Assembly (NCBI RefSeq): GCF_036588685.1
Contig: NC_086383.1
Span: forward strand, 12,462,001 to 12,526,000
DNA: 64,000 nt
Direction: 5' to 3'
From: Mytilus trossulus
Lineage: Eukaryota
Shown piece after piece: positions 23,926 through 36,391 of the stretch. Each line of letters begins with the position of its first letter. The stretch's first letter is position 1. Both the position numbers and the translations under genes were made by a program. A model generated the notes under the pieces. That model did not search any database, was not told the DNA's origin, and was given only the letters and a program-made list of their open reading frames with translations.

Positions 23926-25130
23926 TTATTAGGTCTTTCCACTTTTCTGTGGAAAGACCTATTGTTTTTCTTCTGATTATTTTTTTTTTCTTCCGCCTAA
24001 TTTTGTTCTTGCGATAAACATTTGTTTCGCAATATGTCGCTTAGATATTTTGTATATGATATCGAACAGTTTATGCGCTTTTGAAATTTACCCTGCGTAA
24101 ACAAATACTTTTCTTTGTAGGAGTTATCTCCCCAAACACTGTTTTCCTTGTTATCGCATCTCCTTCGCAAACGTAAAAGATTATGACAAATTTATTTTAC
24201 AAAATTGCTCGTTATATCCTTGGCATGATTTGTCCTATTTTGACCGAAGCGATATGACCGCTCCATATGATAGTTATTTCCCCTTATGCATCTGATATAA
24301 GTGATATGAATTTCTATCTTATAAATCATAAGTGATAGAGACCTAGGATCTTTTGATTTGAGGTCCTTGGTCCCTAAAAATGAAAATTAGGTCAAGGTCA
24401 AAGGTCAAGGTCATATTCTAATATTTGAATTTGGCTTATTTTCACTTATATCCAAAGACTGTATAAGATATCAACAAATTATTTTTACTAAATTGTTAGT
24501 TGCGGCATGTCGTAAGATGTAAATTTTGATTGCAAGCGTACGCTGAATGTAAAAGGGAGTTTTCTCCCCTCTTGTATTTAAAAATACGCGTTTGGTGATA
24601 TAACTCATTAACTAAATATAATTAAGACCTATGGTCTTTTGATTTGAGGTCCTTGGTTTATGACCTTGAAATTGATCTCAAGGTCATAGCTTAATTTGAC
24701 GTTCTAGATTTTGACCTTTGCTTTTATTCTATATGTATACATGATAAAGATATACAACTTTTAGAAAAAGGTATCAAACCATTTAACCTTGAAAAAAACC
24801 AATCGGAAGTGACTTTTTGTAAACCGGAAGTAGCTATTTTTTTGTACTTTATTAATATAAAAGTATATAGAACCAGATATTTTTGGAATCATTGTCAAGT
24901 AAAAATTCAAATATAATCGGAAGTAACATTTTTCAAACCGGAAGTAACAAATTATCTCCCTTATTTAAAAAAAATGTATGGAAACAATATATTTTTGGAA
25001 TCAGCTTACTAGGAGCTATCATTTGACGATTGAAATGACATTTTAAACTTAGTTTCACAACTTTTCATATCAAAATACATTGTTTTGATGGAAAGACCTT
25101 CAATTGTTCTCTGAACAATTGGTTTTTAAT
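23926..25130 (+). mobile_element. Helentron-associated non-autonomous element (HINE/DINE-1-like), inserted in the LINE RT
   Basis: 5' subterminal AGGTCTTTCC (23931) with an adjacent inverted copy (23951); 3' GGAAAGACCT (25090) followed by hairpin caattgttc-tct-gaacaattg (25101-25121) and a T run; T-rich target. Confidence 0.75.
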
Positions 25131-25889
25131 TATTGATATTTTTGCTAAAATTTCTTCAAGCAAATGTAAATTTGCTGATGAGGGGACAATCTGGAAAACA
25201 GGCAAAGACAAACATGAACTAGTAAAGGAGTTACAAAAAGATATTAACTCTATCCATGAATGGTCAACAAAATGGAGAACAAACCTCAGTATAGAAAAAA
25301 CTAAATTTTGTGTATTTTCCAGAAATGGTATGACAAATGAGCACATCAAGATAATGTTACAAGGAATGGAATTAAAATACAATCCAAACCCCAAAATTTT
25401 AGGCCTTACTTAAGATGAAAAATGTAATTTCAATAAACACATAGACACTGTTGAGCAAAAAGCACAAAAATCCTTAGGTATAATCAGAAACATCAAGGGA
25501 ATAGCAAAGGTATCTACAAAAATTTTAATACAAATATATCAAAGTATAGTGCTGTTTACAGTGTTATCTGCTAGCAGTGTATGGCAAATCAACAACAACA
25601 CGCATATAAATAAATTAAATGCTATTCAAAGAAAAGGACTAGCCTTATGTCTCAACCAACCAACAACAGCTAGTAAAGAAGCCTTAGAAGAAGTGGCTGG
25701 AATACTACCACTGGACCTCAAAAGAGAAGAAGCCGGTATAAGACAAATTGCAAAATCCTATAAAATCACTATCCCTATTAAAGATTGGAAAAATATATAT
25801 GAACCTGGAAAAATATTCTCGACAATTGGAAAAATGGTATTACAGTCTGACGATATAAAAAGCTCAACACAGATTGATTCAGATTGTAT

Positions 25890-28800
25890 GAGGATTTCTT
25901 TTTGTCGAGTATCAAGTATCGAGTTATAAAAAGTGAGTATCAAGTTACAAAAGCGAGTGTCGAGTTATAAAAAGTGAGTAGCGAGTAACAAAAAGTGAGT
26001 AGCAAGTAACAAAAAGTAAGTAGCGAGTTATAAAAAGTGAGTAGCGAGTAACAAAAAGCGAGTAGCGAGTTACAAAAAGTTAGTAGCGAGTAAAAAAAAA
26101 CGAGTAGCGAGTGATAAAAAGTGAGAAGCGAGTAACAAACAGCGAGTAGCGAGTTACAAAAAGTGAGTAGCGAGTAACAAAAAGCGAGTAGCGAGTTATA
26201 AAAAGTGAGTAGCGAGTAACAAAAAGCAAGTATCAAGTTATTAAAAGTGAGTATCGAGTTATAAAAAGTGAGTAGCGAGTAACAAAAAGTGAGTATCAAG
26301 TTATAAAAAAGTGAGTATTGAGTTATAAAAAGTGAGTAACGAGTAACAAAAGGTACTTATCTATTTTATATGAGCGCTTCATAATCCAATGCAAAGAATA
26401 TTCATTTTACTTCATTAATTTGAATTGATATATTTTGTTTGCCATTTTGAAAGAACTAATGTTAAAGTAATATACTAAAATACATATCATTCTTATAAAT
26501 GCAGTACGACTGTGCAAGACCCCAATGGGTATTTAAGTTTGCCTACGCTAATCTCGTTGTGTCAAAGCCAACTACCTTATCCCTAGATGATCATGTGTCT
26601 ATATTTAACTATAAACTGAGACATCTTTATTAAAATAGTATTTAAGCATGAAATTTCCAATTAGTCATGTTAGTATAAAAACTCAATGAAAATAATAGTG
26701 AAAACCTATCTGTAAAATACACCTTTTCTTTACAATTAAGGATCTGAAAATAGATACAAGGAAAGAATTTTACTTTTCAAATTAAATTTTGAATTCTTAA
26801 ACTTATGACAAAGTTAATAATATGTTATCCTCAATTGGAACTTTAAATAGCAATTTTTGGATTCAAAATCTATGACTGTAATTTTTGCTCTAGTAATGAT
26901 ACAGGTGATGAATTTCATTACTTGTTCCATTGTAAAAAGAATAAAAAATATAAAAGACAATTAAATTTTTCAGAATGCATATTTTCAATTTCACCTACAA
27001 AAACAACACCAGTTTTCAACAGATACAAAGTCTAGGTTCCTCTTTAAAACAGTCAATGGAATATTATTTTTTGAGGGCTCAGTTTAAGTGCATGTCTCAC
27101 GAACAAGTATTTCAGGCAATATATGCATATGCATGGAATACAATTTATTCTTTTTGGGAAGCATCCTTAAAAAACTGTAGTGTATCACATACTATTAACC
27201 AAAAAAAAATGTGTTTGTGTTTCATCTTTTATAGTTATAACAAGTTTTATAAACATAAGATTCAATGCATTTTTCTGCTTTTCACAAGAACTCCAATATA
27301 ACAGTAAATTTATAAGATAGTTGAACACTCTGTAGAGTTTATTGCTAGTATATAATGTAGTAATATAGCATAATTAGGGAGCATTACACCAAATTGCAAG
27401 ACCTGTTTAATTTGTTTGTAATGGCAGATTTCTACTGAACTTTGAGATTTTATTAAAGTAAAACAAATACTTTTCCAGCATCCCTGTGTACTACAATTAA
27501 ATCCTTTTATTTTTACTAGATAAAACAAATAAAATTAATTAACAGAAACATGAAATCTTTTTCGCTACCAAATTTGGGGAGTTTTCATAAAGGCATGGTT
27601 TATATACAAGAGGGAGTATAACCATACCATAACGCTTTTAGTTTGGAGATGAATTAAAATTGAGAATGGAAATGGGGAATGTATCAAAGAATCGACAACC
27701 CGACCAAAGAACAGACAACAGTAGAAGGTCACAAACTGGTCTTCAATGCAGAGAGAAATTCCCACACCCGGAGGCGTCCTTCAGATCGCTCCTAACAAAT
27801 ATATATACTAGTTCAGTGATAATGAACACTCATACTCAACTCCAAATTGTACACAAGAAACTAAAATTAAAAATAATACAAGTCTAATTAGTATTCTTCT
27901 TGACATGCTAGTGTTTTTTATTGGAAACAACATAACTCTGGGGAGGACTGAGACTTAAATTTTAATTTGTATATATTGGTTTTTACATTAAAGATTTTTC
28001 ATTATTACACTTTGTATTTTTATGAATAAATTTACAAATTAGCTAATTATGAGAATATTCATCAAAACGTTTAGCAATACTTCAGGAAACATATAACAGG
28101 CTATTATTTGAACTTGGAATTATTTTTAATTATGGAATTTACTTGATTTCTTGTTATTGAAATTTTTAATAAATTCCATGCTTATTCTGTACTGAAATGT
28201 TCTGTGCTGCGCACAACACTTTCTATTACAAAGAAAATATTGTATGGAAAGTGTTATGAACCGCTCAAAAAATCATAACATCAAATAAAAATGGAATTTA
28301 TTAAAAATTTTAAACACAAGAAATTATGCAAATTCCATAATTAAAAATATTTCCAAGTTCAAAAAATAGCCTATTATAAACTATATCTGTATTAGTTTCG
28401 TTAAAAAATGCATATCAATATTGGATCTGCAACACTTTACGGTCATCTTTTCCAGAAGACAGCTCTGAGATAATTTAGTGTTATTCTTATAATTATTATT
28501 TTACATTATTCAATTCAATTTTGTTCAATGTGATATTTATTCGTCAAGTATAAAAAACAAGATGTGGTTTGATTGCCAATGAGACATATCTCCATCCATG
28601 ACAAAATCTCTTTGATGTAAGCAATTATAGGTCACAGTCCAGCCTTCGACATGGAGCATTGGCTTATGCCGCAAAGTAAGCTGTTACCCCCTAACTTCAC
28701 ATGTAAAACAATTCAGATGAGATTAAACAACACCCAGATTTAAATTCGAAATCAACAATGTTAAAACATATATATATTACAGTAAAAAAAGACAACAAAA

Positions 28801-29616
28801 ATCATAGGCTCCTTACTTGAGACAGGTAAGTTAGGTAACCGTATATATATCTAGGGAGGTTAACCGGATGTGCAGGATCTGTCCCCTTCTTCTAACATCG
28901 GACAGTGGCGTTACAGCACAACATAAGAACAACCAAGTAAAACTCTGAAGAGAACAGCTTTTAAGTTTTAACTCATCGGGTCGATACTAAGCAAACTATA
29001 AACAAATAATCAGGTAAGATAACGGAATAAAAACATTTATCCTGATTTAGAGTAATTTGCAATGAATTCATATAAAATAGCAATGCATCAAATTGTATTG
29101 AAATATTTGAAGAAGTTAATTGAAAGCCTTAAGAATTAGTAAGTAATGAAAAGGGAAACAAACCATGAGATGATCATTCATTTAAATAATAATCTTTACA
29201 AACATGAAAATGATAGCTTTTGTTACTCGATACTCACTTTTTATAACTGGATACTCACTTTTTATAACTCCATACTCGCTTTTTGTTACTCGCTACTCAC
29301 TTTTTATAACTCGATACTCACTTTTTGTAACTCGAGACTCGCTTTTTGTTACTCGCTACTCACTTTTTATAACTCGATACTCGCTTTTTGTTACTCGCTA
29401 TTCACTTTTTATAACTCGATACTCGCTTTTTGTTACTTGCTACTCACTTTTTATAACTTGCTACTCGCTTTTTGTTACTCGCTACTCACTTTTTATAACT
29501 CGCTACTCACTTTTTGTTACTCACTACTCACTTTTTATAACTCGATACTCACCTTCCATAACTTGATACTCGCTTTTTGCAACTTGATACTTGCTACTCG
29601 ACTAAAAGTAAATCTC
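25890..29616. mobile_element. Foldback/Mutator-like non-autonomous element, 3727 bp, with long TIRs built from 21-bp tandem repeats
   Basis: 9-bp TSD agattgtat at 25881-25889 and 29617-29625; GAG...CTC termini; inverted repeat arrays at about 25905-26350 and 29217-29601. Confidence 0.85.
28092..28378. mobile_element. ~290-bp MITE with TIRs of about 95 bp, nested in the foldback element
   Basis: tataacaggctattatttgaacttggaa... is the inverse of ...ttccaagttcaaaaaatagcctattata. Confidence 0.7.
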
Positions 29617-30831
29617 AGATTGTATAGTGTCTCAATTTGAATTCCGAGGGTTAGCATTCTCAAAATCACCACCAGAGTATTGGAAAAATCTCGAAAGTTC
29701 AAAGTCTAGATCAGCCAGTTTCCAATAGAGGATCTATTTTATTAGGGGAATTAGTAGCTATCAAGCTGGTAATAGATTATCTTATAATTCCAAACAACAG
29801 AAAAAACACTGAATCCATCACAATTTTCTCAGACAGCCAATCCGCAATTGGAATTTTAACTTTAAATTGGAAATCAGATAATTACGAGAAAACTATTCAT
29901 GATATTAAAATCGGTATATTGGCACTAAAATCTGAAGGAATCATTGTTTCCATTGAATGGATCCTGGACACGCTAACATACTAGGTAATGAACTAGCAGA
30001 CCAACTAGCTAAAAAAGCACCACAGGAGGCAGAAAAAATACAAAGCATTCCAATATTTACAAAACAATATAAACAAAAAGGAGCAAAAGACAGTGTTATG
30101 TTGAAATGGCAAAACCGATGGGACACCAGTGATAAAGGAAGAAGGTATTATGCCTTTCAACAAAATGTGAAAAATACACTTCCAACAGACAAGCCGTCAG
30201 CTGAAATATATCGAATAACTACCAGTTTAACAACAGGATATGGTAATTTAAACTCGTACAAATCAATTATATGCCCAGCACTCATCGACAAACGGAGCTG
30301 TGGACAAATAGAAACAGTTGACCATTACCTCCTGGAATTTGAAAATTATGAGGAGGCTAAAAAAAACTCCGCTCTGCCCTCTACTTCAAAACATCAAAAC
30401 TAACACTTGATTGTTTTAAACGCCCATTCTAACATTATGGACTATATTGTGGTGGTCAGTTTTCATAGGTGGAAGAAGCTAAAATGTGCAGGGTGAACTG
30501 TCGACAGTCGGGAGGAAAACTGACAATCCTATTAAATTAAGATGGAAGTCGAACGCATCTGACACTTGCGGTACCTCACAACCTCAGTACTGACATTATA
30601 TTGATACAGTGGAAGAACATTGTACAACTTAGTATACTCGTCAACCGACGCCCCTAAAATGGGTATGAAGAAATGGCTATGTGGGAATAGGACAATAAAA
30701 GGTAAAAAATAATCAAATGATATTTATAGAAAACATAGTGTAGTATAAACAGCTCTATTGATCTTTAACAACCATAATTAAAATTTACCCACAGTGTTAC
30801 ATAAGACACTTCAGGTAAACACCTGTTTATT

Positions 30832-31959
30832 AGAGATTTCCAATAAAATGACATACGTACCTAACTCGACGTACGCACGTAACGGGACAGGTTGTTGCTA
30901 ACCAATTAATTTTGTTAAATGTGTTACTCAAGTTTTAACTAAGTATTCCTTAACTATGACACCCATTCATAATAAATTTTATCAATATAAAATATTTCTA
31001 AGATGAAGAAAAACGAAAGAAATCATGATTTGTATATATCACGTGATTATTGAGATTCCAGCCTAAACTTCACTGTCATAAGACCACGTATATATACGTA
31101 TCTTTACCTATCATACGATTCATTGGAGTTGTCTTTCATGGTTTTGATAATGACTTTGATTTTCAGATATAATTGCAAAATTTAATGAACTTATTATTTG
31201 ATATTTGTATTGATTTTGTGTGTCGTTATCAGATAGATTCTTCTTTTCGATTTTTAATGTTTTGTAATATATAATTTCTTATTTATCGATCGACAAGGGG
31301 GAGTACGCCCTCTACCCCTGTATCCTCAGATGCAAGTTTAGGTATACTTAAACAAAAACCTCGCCCCATAATTTGGTATAGTTTAAGACGAAAAAGTACT
31401 TTTGAAAAATACATCATTGATATGAATTTCTGCCCACATCAAATTATCTTCAATTAAATTATAGAAAAATATTATTTTGTTTTACAAGTCGTGTACACCT
31501 TTTACATTCGGGTGTGTTGGAATTTACTTTAAACGTTAAACCTTTTTAAAACAACAAAAAGGCAACCTTCTCGCTTCGGAATTCGTTATTTTATTATTTG
31601 TATGCTAAATGTCGTCTTGGTAGTTTTTAAAATTCATAATGTGAGAAGAGCTTAGATATGGGTCAAGTGAAAGGACAAGAAATGATGGGTGTGTTTGATT
31701 ACAAGTTGGTAATGTACTTGTTCCATTATAGTATTTATGTTGATAAAATCATTCAAAGATTAATGACAAAATATTTAAAGAGTAAAAAAAATAGTTGTGG
31801 TTGATTTTTAATGAAGGCATATTCCAGCAACAATGCGTGTTCAAAGAGCAAAACATGCATGCAGTGTATGCTCCCCTCCGTCATGCTTCAATGCAGTAGG
31901 ACGAAATACGTTGAGTTAGGTCGGTTATGTCGAGTAAAGTCATTTTATTGGAAATCTCT
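30832..31959. mobile_element. Non-autonomous TIR DNA transposon, copy 1 of a tandem dimer
   Basis: Perfect TIR AGAGATTTCCAATAAAATGAC / GTCATTTTATTGGAAATCTCT; the boundary is ambiguous by 1 nt. Confidence 0.85.
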
Positions 31960-31962
31960 AGT

Positions 31963-33090
31963 AGAGATTTCCAATAAAATGACATACGTACCTAACTCGA
32001 CGTACGCACGTAACGGGACCGGTTATTGCTAACCAATTAATTTTGTAAAATACGTTACTCAAGTTTTAACTTAGTATTCATAAACTAGGAAACCCATTTA
32101 TAATAAATTTAATCAATATCAAATATTTCTAAGATGATGAAAAACGAAAGAAATCATGATTTTTATATATCACGTGATTCTTGAGATTCCAGCCTAAACT
32201 TCACTGTCATAAGACCACGTATATATACGTATCTTTACCTATCATACGATTCATTGGAGTTGTCTTTCATGGTTTTGATAATGACTTTGATTTTCAGATA
32301 TAATTGCAAAATTTAATGAACTTATTATTTGATATTTGTATTGATTTTGTGTGTCGTTATCAGATAGATTCTTCTTTTTGATTTTTAATGTTTTGTAATA
32401 TATAATTTCTTATTTATCGATCGACAAGGGGGAGTACGCCCTCTACCCCTGTATCCTCAGATGCAAGTTTAGGTATACTTAAACAAAAACCTCGCCCCAT
32501 AATTTGGTATAGTTTAAGACGAAAAAGTACTTTTGAAAAATACATCATTGATATGAATTTCTGCCCACATCAAATTATCTTCAATTAAATTATAGAAAAA
32601 TATTATTTTGTTTTACAAGTCGGGTACACCTTTTACATTCGGGTGTGTTGGAATTTACTTTAAACGTTAAACCTTTTTAAAACAACAAAAAGGCAACCTT
32701 CTCGCTTCGGAATTCGTTATTTTATTATTTGTATGCTAAATGTCGTCTTGGTAGTTTTTAAAATTCATAATGTGAGAAGAGCTTAGATATGGGTCAAGTG
32801 AAAGGACAAGAAATGATGGGTGTGTTTGATTACAAGTTGGTAATGTACTTGTTCCATTATAGTATTTATGTTAATAAAATCATTCAAAGATTAATGACAA
32901 AATATTTAAAGAGTAAAAAAAATAGTTGTGGTTGATTTTTACTGAAGGCATATTCCAGCAACAATGCGTGTTCAAAGAGCAAAACATGCATGCAGTGTAT
33001 GCTCCCCTCCGTCATGCTTCAATGCAGTAGGACGAAATACGTTCAGTAAGGTCGGTTATGTCGAGTAAAGTCATTTTATTGGAAATCTCT
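31963..33090. mobile_element. Non-autonomous TIR DNA transposon, copy 2 of a tandem dimer
   Basis: Near-identical direct copy of 30832-31959 with the same TIRs. Confidence 0.85.
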
Positions 33091-34441
33091 ATTAAACGTT
33101 TATAAACGCACGTAAAGTGTTTTTATTTTATAGTGTGTGATAACATTGTGTGGGGGAATTCGACGTTTGATGTACCACTGTTCACTCCAGTGCAATTTAT
33201 GACGATACCACTGCATCAATCAGAATTAAATTTTTTGCGGTGTTTTAAAAAATGATTTTGTTTTGTTGTCGAGTTTTAGTTGAGAAACATTCAATGTTTT
33301 AAAAAGGCGAATTTTCTGTATAAAGTAAATGATTATGTTGAATTTTGAAGGCCAAACTTTCTACAGCCTTAAATGCGCTACTGAAAGATTCAAAAACTAT
33401 ACCAATACATAATGACATGTTTATGAAATTATAACAAATCTATTGGTTAACAAATTTTTATTCGTTATTGCAAAATAATGAACTTAAAATATCTGACATT
33501 TTCTCCCTACCCAGTTTACCCCTATACATTTTTATGATGTGGACTGGTCATTGTTATTAAATCGTAGTCAATTTGATTGGATTAAATTGTTATTAGATTA
33601 CCTTCAAATTTGTTTATGCTTTTCGTACATGACTATTGATTAATTAAAACGTGCATGAATGTGTACGGTAACTAAAATGACCTTCAGACTGGACAGTGGA
33701 CAAGTCAATATTATGTTTTATCAATGAAAGTTAAGGTATGAAAGGTACGAATTTCCAATTATTCTATTTCACAAAATTTTCGGAATATACAGTTGAAATG
33801 TTATTTTTTAAAAGCCTATTGTGAAGATTAAAGAGAAAGTTTACAAATAATACGTTTTGTTCCCTTGAACAAGTCATTTTCGTAAGATAAATGCCGAAAT
33901 ATATTTTACGCACGACTACGGCAGGTAAAATTTTTATTTATCATAATAAAAAAAAAAGCATTTTTCAGTCTCATTGGAATATGTTCATTGCAATTAATCT
34001 CAAACTTAAGAAGTAAGTTAATAAAGTCAAAATATATCTGATCTGCCTATTTCTGCACATCAAAAGTCAATACGATCGTTTTAAATTTAATTTTGTTTAC
34101 CTCACACAATCTTGTTAGGCACTATAACGTCGTTTCTTAATGTGAATGCATATGTTGATTTACTTGACTGTTCCCATTAAACTATGTGTTTGAATCGTTT
34201 AATTGATAAATCACATATATGATACACATTTGGTACTTAGACTGATAATTTGAAAAAAAAAATGTTTTTTTAATCTATAAATGGTATTTAAACATATTCA
34301 CATACTGTTGTTTTGCCAGAACTCAAACATGTATGATCTGCAAATGAACTGTCCATCATTAATTGCGGAACTAAACCTCAGCTTTTCCATTGACATGCTA
34401 TATGGGCAAATGTGATATTTTGTCTTATTAATCAAAAATTA

Positions 34442-36391
34442 CTAGCTTACAATTTCACACAATGCTGCCTTTCCAGAACTAATGCATGTGACGATGAATT
34501 TGTTGCTTCCTGGTGCAAAACGTATTGTCCATGGCTTTTCAATTCCTACGGCTGAAGCCGGAATTCGTCTTATGAATTCTCCTGTGTTCGTTATTTGGTG
34601 GATGTTTCTAGAACTATTTGATGCAATGTATAAATTGCCCATACAGTCTACTCCTAGTCCTCTAGGATAAATAAATTCAGAGTTGGTATAAGTAAATTTT
34701 TTCGTATTGCCGACTACATAATCGACTGAATTGTAACTGTCAGCATACATGTAATCGGTCTGTGATAATGATAACACAAAGTACGATTGACCACTGGTCC
34801 TCTTTTGATTTACTTGTTGTCCTGATGACAGATTTATCCATGTAACCGTGGAACCATGACTAATAATAAAAATTTCTTCATTGACAAAGCTTATCCCATA
34901 CACTGGTATACCTGGAAAATTCAAAGTTTGTAACAATGCCATCTTATCACTATCTATTAAACATATTGCATGCGGAGGAATGGATACAGCAACTTTGAAG
35001 TGGGTTACCACAGCAATGTCCTCCGGTGAATCTGGAAGTGCCAATTCTGTTAGCAAACTTTGTCCGCCATTGTCATATTTCACTACTTTGTTCTTCCCAC
35101 GAAATGTAAAAAGTAAAAGGTTTTGTACAAATATTCCAGAGGTAGTTCCGGTACCATTACACACGTCGATAACTTGTAGAATGTTAATATTTCCAGTGCG
35201 GAAGTCGACTTTTTCTTCTTTCATCTCAATGTTACCATTCAAAGAACTAACAGTGGATTTATCAACTTTAATTCTTCCAAACGTCTGGGCATTCTTGATA
35301 AAATCTGTAATAGGTGAGGAAGGACTAAAAACAACTGATACACTCTTTATATGTTTTATCAAATCTTTCATTTCTTGCTGGAGTTCGAAGATTTTAGGTT
35401 CGATTTTATTAATTTCCATCAGACATTGCTGATCGGATCCATGATCCAGAACACTGTCTATCATTGTTTTCCATTTTTTAACAGCGCTACTATAAGACGA
35501 AAGCATACCAACTTCGTCTTTTAATTCTATTCCAACTTGCTTCGTGGTTGAGGTCAACTCGGTTAACAGGGTTTCTTCTATTCGATCTAAATGCTTTAAA
35601 ATTTCAGTTTTGATATCAGCCACTCTTGTCTTAATCTCTCCTGTTGAATTCTCAATATCAGCTAAATTCTTATTACGATCATCAATAATTTCACCTATCT
35701 GAATAACGTTCTCTCTTAATTTTTGTGATAAACTCGATGCTCTCGTTGACTGTTTGATACCGGAAGCGGCTTTTTGGATTGAAGTGACATTTTCACATTT
35801 ACGGTGTGAAAGTGTTGCGCATGATGTGCAACAAGGTTGAGAATGATCCAAACAATAAAATTCTATGATCTTTCCTGGATGCTCGTCACAGCTTTGTACC
35901 TCACATACTTCAAAAGGTGTACCACCGTACTTCATTTCTTGAATGTTTAGAAGTTTATGTCTTGCTGTCATCTTAAAATTTTTGTGACATTTTTCGCACT
36001 GTTCACAGAATGCTTCCTCGCAAATAGTACACCAGCTGTTTGCTTTTGTACTTTCTTTGTTTAACTGACACGAATTGCACATTTTCTCTGCCTTCTGTAT
36101 TGCTCGTTTATCTAACATTAATTTTACAAAATGATTTGTAGGCAACGTGGTCGCCCATAATTCTGGTCTTTCTAATGTTTCCACTGCTGATACAATTTTT
36201 CGACAAACAGGACATGTAAATCCCTCGGTTATCTTTCCCTTTTTCACAGATGACACAATGTAGGTATTAATACATGATTCACAGAAGGTATGAAGACATG
36301 GTAGATACTTCGGAACTTTGAATGTTTCCAAACAAATCGTGCAAGTTAACAAATCATCGAAGTTGTCTTTATCCTTAGTGGGTGTCGCCAT
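34442..36391 (-). CDS. TRIM-family E3 ligase with NHL-like beta-propeller, copy 4, intact, 649 aa from ATG
   Basis: Uninterrupted single-exon ORF with RING, B-box1, B-box2, coiled coil and propeller; ATG at 36391. Confidence 0.92.
   Translation of the reverse strand: MATPTKDKDNFDDLLTCTICLETFKVPKYLPCLHTFCESCINTYIVSSVKKGKITEGFTCPVCRKIVSAVETLERPELWATTLPTNHFVKLMLDKRAIQKAEKMCNSCQLNKESTKANSWCTICEEAFCEQCEKCHKNFKMTARHKLLNIQEMKYGGTPFEVCEVQSCDEHPGKIIEFYCLDHSQPCCTSCATLSHRKCENVTSIQKAASGIKQSTRASSLSQKLRENVIQIGEIIDDRNKNLADIENSTGEIKTRVADIKTEILKHLDRIEETLLTELTSTTKQVGIELKDEVGMLSSYSSAVKKWKTMIDSVLDHGSDQQCLMEINKIEPKIFELQQEMKDLIKHIKSVSVVFSPSSPITDFIKNAQTFGRIKVDKSTVSSLNGNIEMKEEKVDFRTGNINILQVIDVCNGTGTTSGIFVQNLLLFTFRGKNKVVKYDNGGQSLLTELALPDSPEDIAVVTHFKVAVSIPPHAICLIDSDKMALLQTLNFPGIPVYGISFVNEEIFIISHGSTVTWINLSSGQQVNQKRTSGQSYFVLSLSQTDYMYADSYNSVDYVVGNTKKFTYTNSEFIYPRGLGVDCMGNLYIASNSSRNIHQITNTGEFIRRIPASAVGIEKPWTIRFAPGSNKFIVTCISSGKAALCEIVS

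Larger units (their letters stand above)
23705..30403 (+). mobile_element. Degenerate LINE with RT and RNase H (I-group-like), in three pieces: about 23705-23926, 25131-25889 and 29617-30403
   Basis: RT motifs LEKAYDSVWREGLL, GLPQGSVIS and KFADEGTIW; RNase H motifs IFSDSQSAI and PGHANILGNELADQLAK; C-terminal CGQIETVDHYLL; multiple stops and frameshifts. Confidence 0.85.

Noticed and set aside
25940-29640. Repetitive ORFs (LLTFYNS/ITRYSLF repeats) at 25940-26299 and 29146-29640
   Set aside because: Translations of the 21-bp foldback arms.
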